Source: Rhodosorus marinus CCMP1338
Taxonomy: Eukaryota > Plantae > Rhodophyta
Direction of reading: 5' to 3'
Assembly: GCA_029953675.1 (NCBI GenBank)
Contig: JAMWBK010000009.1
Span: 434,001-498,000 of the forward strand
Length of the DNA stretch: 64,000 nucleotides
Numbering within the stretch: position 1 is the first letter of the stretch; every line of letters starts with the position of its first letter. Made by a program: the position numbers and the translations under genes. Positions 11,862-23,955 of this stretch are shown here, one piece after another. The notes under the pieces are model-generated. The model saw only the letters and a list, made by a program, of their open reading frames with translations. It searched no databases and was not told the origin of the DNA.

Positions 11862-12716
11862 TCAGACTCCGTCGTTATCTTTCTCGACACCATTTGGAGC
11901 CGGTTCTTTTTCTGCGCTATCTTCCTCCTCGGACTTGTCCTCTTCAACCCCATTCTCAACTTCTTTCGTAAGGAACTCCACCCACTTTTCAGACAGCTTT
12001 GCTAGCGGCATGGGATCATCTACGGGAGGTGGTAGCACAAAAGTGCCCAGCCACGAGCCAAGCCTCTTGTTTCCATCCAAACCAATTACAACGCGCTCTT
12101 CTTCGCTGAATTCGAGAACCTTGGACATCAGCTCCAAGACCTCGCGACGGTGTTCTCCAGATTTTTGAAAGCTGCCCACAACGAGCTGTCGAACGACCCT
12201 CCGATCGACCAAATTCGCAATCTTGTCCTCCTCACTAAAGTTCCCCAGCGTCTTTTCGACTTCATCTTTCATTGCCAAGAGCTCTTCCCTAGCCTGTAAG
12301 CAGTCATTCTGCCATCGGCGCACATCAGATTGTAGGCGTCCTTTATCTTCCACAGCTTCCTTCAACGCCGCCTTGATTTTCTCGTTTTCCTCATCAACTT
12401 TCTGTTCTACTAGCCTCGACTCCTTCAGATGACTCTCAACCTTCGAAACTTCATTCTCCCTTTCAGCTTCAAAGTCCTCCAGAACTCTCTTCAAGTTCTC
12501 AAGCTCAATCAGTTCAACCTCGAGACGCCGTTCCCTCTCCAAACGCCGCTTCCGCTCCTCAACCAATGCGCCCCTTGTCGTCTCCAAGTTGTCCTCCAGA
12601 TCTTCAACTGCACGCTCCAGATTATCTACAAGATCACATTTCTCCTTGAGAATCGTCTTCACTAACTCCTCAGCGCCGTTATTATCATACGCTCCATCGC
12701 GACCTACAGTCGCCAT
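11862..12716 (-). CDS. GRAB-domain golgin (Rud3/GMAP-210-like)
   Basis: Long coiled coil, then VDRRVVRQLVVGSF...EVLELMSKVLEFSEEERVVIGL (GRAB) and LSEKWVEFLTKE (GA1-like). First ATG at 12716. Confidence 0.8.
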   Translation of the reverse strand: MATVGRDGAYDNNGAEELVKTILKEKCDLVDNLERAVEDLEDNLETTRGALVEERKRRLERERRLEVELIELENLKRVLEDFEAERENEVSKVESHLKESRLVEQKVDEENEKIKAALKEAVEDKGRLQSDVRRWQNDCLQAREELLAMKDEVEKTLGNFSEEDKIANLVDRRVVRQLVVGSFQKSGEHRREVLELMSKVLEFSEEERVVIGLDGNKRLGSWLGTFVLPPPVDDPMPLAKLSEKWVEFLTKEVENGVEEDKSEEEDSAEKEPAPNGVEKDNDGV

Positions 12717-12974
12717 GCTCTTCACCTTTCACCACACCAGTTGAACCAAATACAGCCTTCATGTATCATCAATCGCAACCCACTGCGACTCAATATACCC
12801 AACAGAAGTCGCTCTCGTATTCTAAGACCAAAGGCAAATCGCACGTCCACAGCTACTGCTACCCTTCCTCGCTGGCAACTCAGCTTCTACTCGATGCCCA
12901 ACAGACTAAGCTCCTCTTCTCCCCCTTCCCCACCCCCACGAAAACTCTGGTACCAATTTAAGCGTACTAGCCCC

Positions 12975-14370
12975 TCCAGTCATCATCTTCTTCAGCTTGT
13001 TCTCCGTACAACCGGCAGAAGAGAAGCATCGACGCTCGTCTAGGATGGTTTTGAGACGCAGGGCAAGCTTCTCTTGACCTAAACTCAAGTAGCAAGTCGA
13101 AAACTGGGAAGACTGTTGAAGAAGACAAGAGTGGATCGCACTCTTTCATAAACCCAGCACTCCGGTTTGCCACGCCACCTTCTTCAGCTTGATCTCTGTA
13201 CAAGCGGCTGAAGAGAAGCATCGACGCTCGTCTAGGATGGTTTTGAGACGCAGGGCAAGCTTCTCTTGACCTAAACTCAAGTAGCAAGTCGAGAATGAGG
13301 AAGACTGTTGAAGAAGACAAGAGTGGATCGCGCTCTTTCAGCATCCCAGCACTCCGGTTTGCCACCTTCTTCAGCTTGTTCTCTGTACAAGCGGCTGAAG
13401 AGAAGCATGGACGCTCGTCTAGGATGGTTTTGAGACGCAAGGCAAGCTTCTCACGACCCAAACTCAAGTAGCAAGTCGAGAATGAGTACTGTTGAAGAAG
13501 TCATAGTGGATCGTTTCTCTTTCAGCGTACCAGCACTCCAGTCATCCATCTTCTTCAGTTGAATCTGGACGCCCATGTAGGATGGTAATGAGACGCAAGG
13601 CAAGATTTTCGTGACCCAAACTCTAGTAGAAAGTCGTCAATGAGGAAGACTGTTCAAGGAGGGAGTGTACGTCTTCCTCTTAAGCGTCCCAGCGCTACAG
13701 TCATCCATCTTCCAGCTTTCTCTATTCAAGCGGCTTAAGAGAAGCATGGATGCTCACGTAGAGGATGGTAAAGTTTACTGACCAAGATTCAGAGAAGTCG
13801 CTTTAAGAAGACGGGGTGGATCTGTTCTCTTCGAACATCTCATCACTCATCTTCTTCTGCTCGTTTGCATCATACAAATGCGAAAGACGAGCACGGAAGA
13901 ACTAGCTGTTAAGTTTGTTGGGATGATGGTCTTGTGATACTACAGTTTTTCCTGACCAAGCTTCAGTCATCGCTTGAAGAAGAAGACAGGGTGGATCTGT
14001 TCTCTTCGAACATCCCATCACTCATCTTCTTCAGCTTGTTCGCGACATACAAATGCCAACGAGGCACACGGAAAATCTAGCTGTGAAATTTTGCTAGGGC
14101 TGGGCTTGAGATACTAGAACGAAGTATTTCCTGACCAAACTTCAGTTATCGCTTTGAAGACGATGACGGGGTAGGATCTCTTCTCTTCGAACATCCCATG
14201 GCTGGTCTTCTTCAGCTCGTTCGCAACATACAAATGCCAAAGAGGAGCATGGAACATAAAGCTGTGAAGTTTGGCTAGGAATGGTCTGGAGACACTCAAG
14301 GAAAGCCTTGCTGACCCAACGCATCGAGGAAGAGGAAGTACCTTGGAAGAAGAAGACAGAAAGGGATCGT
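12975..14370. repeat. Degenerate tandem array, about 8 units of 145-192 bp
   Basis: Anchor TCTTCAGC or a variant at 12989, 13181, 13368, 13552, about 13708, 13853, 14028 and 14209. Confidence 0.9.
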
Positions 14371-14451
14371 TGGTAGGGTTCTCGAGTTCTTACTTGTCGA
14401 GTTTAGTTTTGAAGCGATGATTCAGACAATCCCAGGAGGCAGCTGAGGAGG

Positions 14452-15036
14452 ATGGAGTCGTCAAGTGATGATCGGATGGAGTTGGATAGTGAGCAAGAGA
14501 AGAAGGAACTAGAGGATGTGAAAGCCGAATGGCTTAAGTCTGAAGATGACTTCGTCGAGCTCTGTGAAAACTTGACTTTGGCCAAGTTTTCGGCGTTGAA
14601 TAGTGCTGTGGATGACGAGGCGGGGGAGGCAGTTTTCAGGAGTGAGACTGATGAGCTGGAGTTCAAGACAGAGGTGGAAGAAGTGGAATTGCCGCACGTC
14701 AAAGCTGAGCTGGAGGATTTTGACATGAAGACTGAAGGAGATGAGGAGGAGGGGAGTGAGGGGTCTTGGGAGCATGAGCTGGGGATGAATGGATCAGGGA
14801 AACTGCTGGCCGATGCTGCAGACGAGAATTGCGCTGCTCAGAACATAGAAATTGTTGAGCGGAAGGAGCTCTATCAGGATACCGATGTAAAGGTGAAACA
14901 GGAAGGTGCGCACATGGCCGTCAACGCATTTGACATGAATCAACCGTCCCCGTTTGTGAATGCAGAGACCAACTCGGAAGCGCTGGCGGTGCTGCTGAGC
15001 CTACAACCGTTGCTAGCTCCGATGCGAAAATCGTAG
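14452..15036 (+). CDS. Acidic low-complexity hypothetical protein (194 aa), possibly part of a decayed gene
   Basis: Uninterrupted D/E-rich ORF with ATG start; no recognisable domain. Confidence 0.4.
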   Translation: MESSSDDRMELDSEQEKKELEDVKAEWLKSEDDFVELCENLTLAKFSALNSAVDDEAGEAVFRSETDELEFKTEVEEVELPHVKAELEDFDMKTEGDEEEGSEGSWEHELGMNGSGKLLADAADENCAAQNIEIVERKELYQDTDVKVKQEGAHMAVNAFDMNQPSPFVNAETNSEALAVLLSLQPLLAPMRKS

Positions 15037-16033
15037 TGCCAACGCTGAATTCAGCAAATAGCAGCGATGTGGTAGCGGGTTCAGGTGCTGGTCGCTGTGC
15101 ACTGGGACAGTGTTTGCACCATCGCCAGGATTGTAGACTTTGTAATATCTTTGCGCTCGTCCTCAAGGCTTGTCTCGAGTGACTTAAATGCAACAGGCAT
15201 CTTTCAAAAGGGGTTTGGCTTGAGGAAAATTTCACTCTTACTTCGGGTCGTTGTCATTGGCCCCCTCGAAGGATATCCCAGGAGAGCAAGTTTCCGATTC
15301 TTGGGAGCGGCGGAGTAGAGGAATACTTATAGCTATTAAGAGGAGCGCATTGATCTTTTTTTGAGCTTTGCAAGAATCGGAGCAAGAAAATATTTGGCGG
15401 TGTGCCCTGACAGCTTCTGCGGCGGTGTTGGATGCTCGCGCAGTAGAATGTTGCTTTAGCCCCAATCAAGGGGTTGGTGACCCGGCTACCTCCTTTTCCA
15501 ATAGAACCCGCGTGCGGATGATGCTTCGGAATTAGTCGGTACCTCTCAAGGATAGCTTAGTGTTCTTTACTTGAGTGTCTGGTGACGGAGAGAGTTGTGC
15601 TTTTAGCTCTCGAAGAGTTTGAGGAGAGTACTCCAATGGCGTGGAGCAACGGCACTAATGTGCAAACTGATCACCGTGGGAAGCATAGTCGACGTTCAGT
15701 CAGGTCCGATCCAGCATTGAACGCAATGCAGCTGTAGGATCGTGCAAGGGAGTAGTTCGATTGGTGCCGTCTTGGATGAGCGCACAACACCCGAAGACCT
15801 TTCTGACCAACGTCAGGGGGCCGGAGTTTCCCATCTACTTGCCCTTTATATCAAAAGGAATTTCCCTGTTCAGTCTCTCGCCCTCTATTACAACGGGTCC
15901 AAGACGCCTGTCTCATGCCGAAGCGCTCTTTTCTGATCTGGCTGCACGCTTTCTTCTCGGGTACACATGGTCAGGCTACCTATACTAGTAACTGTCGATT
16001 CAACCCGCTCGCTGAGGAAGCAGAAAAGGGTCC

Positions 16034-17788
16034 CTATACATTGAAAGTGTTCATGATAAATTTGAAGAGAGCACGCATGCCCTGAGCTTCTCCACCTTCA
16101 GGTCGACCAGGTTTTGAGGACGGGTTGAATCCCATATGGTCGATGTGTATCCACCTGGTAGGTTTCGACACGAACTCCTTCAGGTACAGCGCTGCAGTTA
16201 TCGCGCCCGCGAACCTAATCGTCGAAACAGATTGTAGAAAACGCAAGCGTTAATGTTGTGAATCAGTGTGAACTAGCGGTGCACATCTCTCTTCATTGTG
16301 TATCTCCGTTCGGCCTTACCCTCCAGTAGAACAGTTCTTCATGTCGGCAATCGATGAGTCCAGCATTTTTCTGTAAGGAGCATGAAGCGGTAACTGCCAG
16401 ACCAGATCGTTTTCACCCCTGCTCTGATCCTGGAGCACGCGACCATCTTCCTCATTGGAACAGAACGAGCCTGGAATTTCAACACCCAGCGCCACCCTAA
16501 TCAGCGTGCGTCGAATGAATCAGTGGACTTAACGCAAACTACTTGGAAGAACGATTTTTTTTGACAAATCTTTTTTAGACGCTTACCGCTGGGCTCCAGT
16601 AAGCGTCGCAAAGTCTATGAGCAGATCCGGTTTCTCCTCGCATGCATAATGAAGGGCATCTGCCAGTATCAACCGGCCTTCTGCATCGGTGTTCTCTATT
16701 TCAGTAGTGATACCTTTGCGAGACTGAAGAACGTCCCCGGGGCGATAGGCTTCACCAGAGATGGAATTTTCAACGGCTGGGATTAGGAGTCGAACCCTTA
16801 ATGGTGGGTTAGTCTCCATGATCATTCCTGCTAACCCCATCGCCGTTGCAGCGCCTCCCATGTCCTTTTTCATGTTCCTCATACCGGCAGGTGGTTTGAT
16901 GTCCAAACCTCCTGTGTCATAGCATACTCCCTTTCCAACAACTGTCACCAGCGGAAGCTCCGTTCGCTCTGAGTTGTACCTCAAATCGATGAGCCTTGGT
17001 TCGCATCCAGCTGATCTCGCAGCGCGTCCGACCGCATGGATCATCGGAAATTTCGTTTCCAACAGAGCATCTCCAACGATGCTCTCTGTTCGAGCTGCAT
17101 ACCTTTCGCCGAGGGCCCTTATCGCATTTTCCAGTTGCGAAGGAGTCATGTCCTCGGCAGGGTGGTTGATCAAGTCGCGCGCGAGATACGTAGAGCGAAT
17201 CGCCGCGGCCGTCCTGTCCTTTGGCCAGAACTTCAGAGTCGGAGGTTTAGTATTCTTCTTGGTGCTCTTGTTCTGGCTTTTGTATTTTTTGAACTCGTAT
17301 CCTCCAAGTGCCCAGCCCAGGGACAACGCGTCTTCGTCAAAATTGCCGGTTACCTCGTAGCAAGCGTTGGGTGGAAGCTTTTTGGGCAGATCAGCGTACG
17401 TCCACGGCTCAGACTTTGCAGATCCTGTACTAAGGATGACCTCAGAGACTACCTTGCCGTCATCCACACCTTCTGAACCGCCCATGAATGGGACAACGGC
17501 AATTGATCCGGCCTTTTTACTGCTAAATCGATTCGCGCTCAACCACGCATCCATTCCAGCCGGCTGGGAACGAACCCAAGCATCATATTCGTCCGAAGAC
17601 AACGCCCGGATAGGTATTGTATCGCTACGGTCCTTCTCAAAGAGAGCAGTAAACCGGCTCATATTCTCAACGCAATCCTCTCCACACGATTCCACCGCCT
17701 TGGCAACGACGGTACATCTGCGCTTAGCCGTGGCTGCCTTCGCGGTTGTACGAAACAACCGCAGCGGGGAGACGAAAGCAGTATCCAT
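16034..17788 (-). CDS. M17 leucyl aminopeptidase, bacterial PepB type, plastid-targeted (3 exons)
   Basis: GKGVCYDTGGLDIKP, MKKDMGGAA, NTDAEGRLILADAL and DFATLTGA motifs; transit peptide MDTAFVSPLR. Introns 16586-16498 and 16319-16215. Confidence 0.93.
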
Positions 17789-19575
17789 AGTTCTTAAACC
17801 TTATAAACTGAAAGACAAAAACAACAACAACAAAAACAGAAACCTGGCAAAATCAGACCCCCTCCCCCTCAAAGAAAAGATCCCATCGATTCTCACCCAA
17901 CGGGTCTCTCCAGTCACCATTTCAATGCTTCCATACCTCACTTTGTCGACAGCTCTACAGTGAGAAAAGCTTCAGCTTTTCCTTCAGAGACACTCCAGAA
18001 AAACACAACCTTTTGATTACTTTTCCAGCTCTAAGTCAAGGACTTAAGACGTCACAGGATCCCAATCGCTCCGATGCATCCTTGACCAATCTTGCTTAGC
18101 ATTTCCATCTCATGAAATCTCGTATTCCCCAATCTCAGCGATTTACTCTTCAGGGTGATTTCTCATGGAAGCGCTGTTTTGGGGGGAACGGGGAGTTGGT
18201 TTTCGTTGACGATTCCATCAACGTGAACGCGACGGTGTTTATACTTTTGGCAAGTTGGGTATGGAAATTATAGAAACGCTGCTGATAAGCACTTGGAAAC
18301 CGACAATGTTTCAATACCGATGACCCGTAGACTTCAGTGGAGTTTCACGACGGAAATTGATGCGACCCGTGGTTTGGACGAAACTCGATGGGCACGTCGG
18401 CTAGCTATGTCAGACTAGGTATTGAAATTAGATAGATGCTGCTGAGGCGCATGTAAATGACATGGTTTAATCCTAATGGCCGCAGACCTCAGTGCTTCTC
18501 ACGAGCAAGCTCGTGAGGACCCTTTTTTCCCTACGGCGCAAGGCACCCAGAGAACATACCAGCTTCTCCGCGGCGAGAGAAGAGTGAGGTTGTGAATGCT
18601 GATATATTGCACATGCAAATTGGTGAAGGAACAGTTCATTGAAACGTAGTTATCATTACAGAAGGCCAAGCACATTCGAGTGAGATATCAGTCTTAAAAA
18701 AGGCTTGAGATAGTGGCGTCCCACCCCAGGTCATTGCAGTTCGAGGTGAAGACTTCTCCCCTTCGGGTTCGATGTGTATCACCATGAAGATAGGATCGTT
18801 TTAACCCGGTGGATATCATCAAGGATGTAGAAATTCTCCGACACAGTTCAATAAGGATGAACATCCCGAATGCCTTCAGCGATTCGTTTGGTTTGAGAGG
18901 CACTGGCGCTTTTGCTCCGCACGCCGGATCTTCAATGGCTTTTATCTGGAGCGGTTGGCGACTTCATATTGAAATGTTCCGAAGAACCACACGGAGAAAG
19001 ATCTATCATCTGGGCAGACTAAGTATCGACAAAAACGCTTGTGACTAGCCACCGTAACCTTCCGAACAGATGGACTCTTTGGTTTGGGTCGTGAATCCAT
19101 AGCGTACCGGCGTGTGGGCAAACCCAGGTACGTCTCCCTTCCTCAGGGCTGCAATCTTTCGTATTTCTGCGAAGAAGTCGATGTATGAACTCAGTTTGAC
19201 GGTGTTGGTTGCAACAGCAGAGACAAAGCATGCACTGGTAAGCGTCAACATGGTCTTATGGCGGGATTATTCCTGGAACTCGGTAATGAGCATGGACCAG
19301 GTCCTTACAGGAAGTCGATTTTATTTACCGATGACTGGGGCAAAAGAAGGTGTTCGCGTTGAATCTCTAGGGTAGACTTCGAAAGCTCCAAACATGGAAA
19401 GAAAGCGACCCCCGAGTTCCTCTCGCGACAACGTCAAAATCATGATCCAAGGCCTTATCCACCAAAAAACTACAAATGATCACAACCAGCAGAAAGGCCC
19501 CCGACAGAAAAAAGGGAATACGAACGCTCAAGGCAAGCAAGAATCGTAAAACTCGCACGAAGCCAAAAGCACAAA

Positions 19576-19752
19576 CTACTTCGCGATCGCCTTATCGAAG
19601 AACACAATTTCGCCCACCTTCTTCCCCGCCATTGTTCCAAGCCCGAACATAATTCCGGAGATCAGCGGAAAAAGGAACACATCCTTGAACTCCGAAAAGA
19701 TGACCTTGTAATCATATTTCTCATCCCCAGCCGTAGCATCAGCAGCCGTCAT
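19576..19752 (-). CDS. 58-aa single-TM protein with Mim1/Tom13-like motif
   Basis: MTAADATAGDEKYDYKVIFSEFKDVFLFPLISGIMFGLGTMAGKKVGEIVFFDKAIAK. It lies downstream of an AT-rich promoter island and a G/T-rich leader. CDS status is well supported; the family call is inferred. Confidence 0.65.
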   Translation of the reverse strand: MTAADATAGDEKYDYKVIFSEFKDVFLFPLISGIMFGLGTMAGKKVGEIVFFDKAIAK

Positions 19753-20654
19753 CCTAACTTGCACAAATTTCTCCTTAACAACAACCAACCCACAGAACCG
19801 TTCTAACAAACACGAAGAGGACGTTCGTTGCTCAACAATACAAGGAATACCTCCAACAGATCCAAAAACAAAGCCAAAAAAATAACCAAGAGTCCAGCAC
19901 TCCTCCTCCACCTCCAACAAATCTTCTACAAGCCCATCCAAAGTCTAAACCACCAGATCTTCCTCATCAATGACAAAAAGCTAAAAACGAAAACGCTTCT
20001 GATGATCACAAATCCATGATTCAATCAAAACAATACTCTTCAATCCAAATTATATTCTTCATCCAATGGAACATAAGTAAGAGTTTTTCTTCGCCAATAG
20101 AAGTGAGTTTCAAAATATAGCTTAGATGTATCTATATTTACTTAGATGTGAGAATATTACTTTCTAGATGTATTATTTTAGTTTTATTTGGAATTTTAGG
20201 ATTAATTTTAGAAGGATATATTTTGTATGAATGTAGTTTTAAAATATCAATCTTTATGGATGAGAAAAAGAATATTTAGTTTTGAGAAATGAAGTTTATG
20301 GTACTGATTTTGATTGTGGAAGTTTTCGGTTGGGGGTAGGGTTGCTGGGAGCATTTTGGAGAAGACAGCTACCGCGTGCATCGTTCCACACAGCTTTCAG
20401 ATGGCCGCCCTACCCCGCACCGAGAGCAGCTGTGCTGTACTTTATGTCTGTAACTGTCGAATCTTAAACGGACAGTCCCCAAAGTCCGAGTCTGGAATGG
20501 ATCCGAGGAACAGCCATGACCGCGAAAGCAAAGCTGACCTTCTTCCCGTTTCAGGTATAATTAGGATTGTCGTTTTACTTTATGTTGGGATCACCAAAAA
20601 GCTTCAATAGCGATGGATAACATTCTCCACTCACAAAACTAGAGAGATGTATGC

Positions 20655-21979
20655 CTACCAGAACATGCCCTTCTTCTTCTCACCCTTTTCAAATGCCTTC
20701 ACGCCGTTCTCTTCAAGCTTCTTAAAGGCGGCGCTGAAATCGGTGAACCATTTCTCCTCATCTTTGGCGTAGATTTCCACCCATTTGCGGAACTCCTTGT
20801 CCCAGATCATGGCCATGTCACTTGGCAACATCATGAGATCGCCTGTCGGGTCTTCGAACTGGAAAGGACCATCCCACTGCTTCACAGTCCATGCGTTCTC
20901 CAGCAGCTCCCTGTAGAATTCATTCGAGAAGGTCGTCGGAGCTCTCGTCCAAGGCCCATCGTATCTGCAGATCGTAGAGATAAAGTGTGCAGGACGATGT
21001 TTAAGACTTCAATATATTCGACAAGTTGTAATTCATGCTGCTCCAAGAAGACCTACCCACTCCTCGTGCTGTAGCAGCGTCCAAGCGCATGTGCACCAGA
21101 GAGGGCGACGATCTCCTGATCGTTGAATCCTTGCCTGTAGAATATGTCTCTGAGATGCTGAATGGTTGCTGGGACGGAGCCCTTATCCGCGTCTGGCAAT
21201 CTACCATCTGGCGTGGTAAACGATTCGTCCTTGTCGACACGTCCAGGCCTCCACGCAATCTTCAGCCGCGCCGGAGGAGGAAGAAGGAAATCTTTGTGGA
21301 GTAAGAACCTACAACGTTCACCTGTTCTTGTTTTGGACTGAGATAATGTGCGATATACTTACGCTAGGGCCACCCATGTACTCAATTGAATACGCCCCGG
21401 CGAGAGTCCATAGGTCACCGTATGTAATTTGTGGAAACTGCTTCTTGACCTCTTCAAGCTTGTCCCTGGCGATACCAAGGCCGGCGTTGGCTGCATGTCC
21501 AGCCTCTGCTTTGAACCTCATCGTTGCACCTGTAAAATGAACAAAGCAGATCGTTCATTGTCAGATAGCCTGTGACGAAACCCTCTCACAGATGTGGAAA
21601 GCAGGCGCCTACCGTCTGAGCCCCCGGTCTTGGAACTCACATCGTAAGTTCCGGATGCATGCCAGGCAAGGCGGACCAAAGTAGGGCCCATGTTGTCATC
21701 ATCGTCAAGAATCTTCTCAATGGCTTCCTTAACTTTCCCATAATCAACCGACGTATCCGCATACACAGGCGCCCCTCGACCGGACAGCGCCGAGACTCCC
21801 GCAGCTCCGAGAACCACAACACCAACCGTCTGAGCAAAAACCCGCGAGCTTCCGGTAAATCCCGCATGAGATGCAGACGTCGACATCCCACGAACTGACT
21901 GCCTTCCCGTCAACCCCAACCTCCCAGCATTCAAAACCGGATAGGATCTCCGTAACACAAACACAGATCGATTCATCAT
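20655..21979 (-). CDS. CCP1: Mitochondrial cytochrome c peroxidase (class I heme peroxidase), multi-exon
   Basis: Mitochondrial-type presequence plus TM segment; [40 protein letters not shown] and LMMLPSDMA motifs. Confidence 0.88.
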
Positions 21980-22184
21980 GTCCAAAACACCACAAAAAGA
22001 AAAACAAAACACCACAAAAAAAAAACCTACACTCTGTATCAAAACAACTCTATTCTAAACACAATCTGGAAACGATCTTATGGTCCAACAAATTACAGGT
22101 TAAGACCAGGATTCTTCTCCACCTTCCCCTTCCTTCCCTCCTCCCCCTCCTCCCCCCCACTCCCCCTTTCGCTTCGAGCTCGTA

Positions 22185-23140
22185 TCTCAACTGCCCCAAC
22201 ATCCAAATTTAACCTCCCGAGTCTCAGGCAGCATCTCATTGGAATCAATGCTCCGAACAGGAAAAATATCTCAACCGAAGCTCACTGGGAGGGACACCGA
22301 AGCGGAGGGTACGGAGGTTTATACACCAAACGAATTCTTGAGTTGGATGGCGAAAGCTCCACTTCTTATATTCTTCTCTCAACTGCCCCGAACACCCATT
22401 TTAACCTCCGATTTCCCGAATCAGAAATATTTGAACAGAAGCTCCCCCGGGGAGGGACACCGGAGAGGAAGGTACGGTGGTGTAGGAACCGAGTGAAATT
22501 TTGGATTGGATGGCGAAGAATCCAACTTCCCAAGTTTCTCTCTCAAGTGTCCCAAACACACATTGTTGTACAACCTCCGATTTTCAGTCGGGCATCTCAT
22601 TGGAATCAATGCTCCAGAAAAAAAAAATCAACCGAAGCTCACCGGGAGGGACAACGAAGCGGAGGGTACGGAGTGTATAGACCAAATATGAATTCTTGGG
22701 TTGGATGGCGAAAGCTCCACTTCTTATGTTCTTCTCTCGACTGCCCCGAGACCTATTGTAACCTCCTATTTCCTGAAACAGAAATATTTCAAGAGAAGCT
22801 CACCAAGGAGGGACACCGGCAGAGGAAGGTACGGCGGTGGAGGGACCGAGTGAAATGTTAGATTTGATGGCGAATGCTCCAACTTCCCAACATTCTCTCT
22901 CAAGTGTCCCAAACACACATTACAACCTCCGATTTTCAGTCGGCATCGCATTGGAATCAATGCTCCGAACAGAAAAAATATCTCAACCGAAGCTTTCAGG
23001 GAGGGGGGAAGGGGAGGGTCCGATGGTGTCTGGACCGAGTGAATTTGATCCAAGTTCCTCTCTCAATTGCCCCAAAAACCCGTCGGATTTTCGATTAGAA
23101 TCGAATGTCAATGCTCCGAAACAGAAAATATATCTCAACG
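22185..23140. repeat. Higher-order tandem repeat: alternating ~192/~164-bp monomers, ~357-bp dimer
   Basis: TCTC(A/G)A(C/G/T)TG(C/T)CCC anchor at 22185, 22377, 22541, 22735, 22898 and 23061. Confidence 0.92.
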
Positions 23141-23955
23141 GAATTTCCAGCGGCGGCATCGACATCGTGCAGAGAGAGAGAGGGAGCAGTGCTTGGGATT
23201 TGGTGGTTTGCTGTGTTGGTTCACTGTATATCTGTTGAGATGCTATTGAGCGCCTTCCTCGCTTGAGAAGGTGTTAGACAATAGGTCTTATCTCGACGGA
23301 AGCACACTGAGGACACCGAGGAAGGCACCGAGGAGAGTACCTGGTTTGCGGACGTAGTAAGTTTTGGAATTGGTGGTTTGGTGGAGATTTTTGCAGAGTT
23401 TTGCTTAGTCCTTTGATTTCATGGGCACACTATACTCACTTGGGAATTGTTTCATCGCAGAGAAGTCCAGAGGGTTTCCCGTGTCCGTTCATATCACGTG
23501 TCATTTCTAAGCGCCATCCTACCTCCTTTCCGCGGAAGTCACCGAGGACGAAGCCGAGGTGTGGCGGGGTGAGAAATGGCTTCGGATTAGGTTGTTTGTA
23601 GTCTTGAAATACGCAAGTGGTTTGTTTAATGTCTCATCGAATTGCCATCCTCGTGGGGATTGATCTATCAGGTGAGACCTTGAGACCGACCTCACCTGGG
23701 GATGGTTCAAGGCGGATGGCCGCGACACAACCGATTCCATGCTACTTCTAAAATGACAAACAAAGCTCTTCGTCCAACTCGTGGCAAGTCTTAGTTCGCG
23801 CAAAGTCCAAAAGGCGCAAACATGCACAATAATCACGAAACTTCACGTATGCGCGTTGTTTCTGCTTTCCAGCATGTGCCGAATTGTTCGAGCTTGTACA
23901 AACCGCTAATTAGTTGGAGGTTTGCGCTTCCTAGTCCAAATCTGATCTTCTATAT

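Noticed and set aside
15720-15988. TFLTNVRGPEFPIYL resembling the WS/DGAT C-terminal NVPGP motif
   Set aside because: A single short motif, no HHxxxDG catalytic region, and no coherent upstream frame.
17367-17963. Long antisense ORFs opposite real genes (e.g. 17367..17963, 48125..48652, 32514..32975)
   Set aside because: These are shadow ORFs expected from codon bias on the true coding strand; no motifs.
18250-19375. Long 'decayed ORF' in a single frame, and a possible stop-codon reassignment
   Set aside because: The best frame has roughly one stop per 25 codons, about what random 50% GC sequence gives. Stops are a mix of TGA, TAG and TAA, and conserved genes terminate normally with all three.
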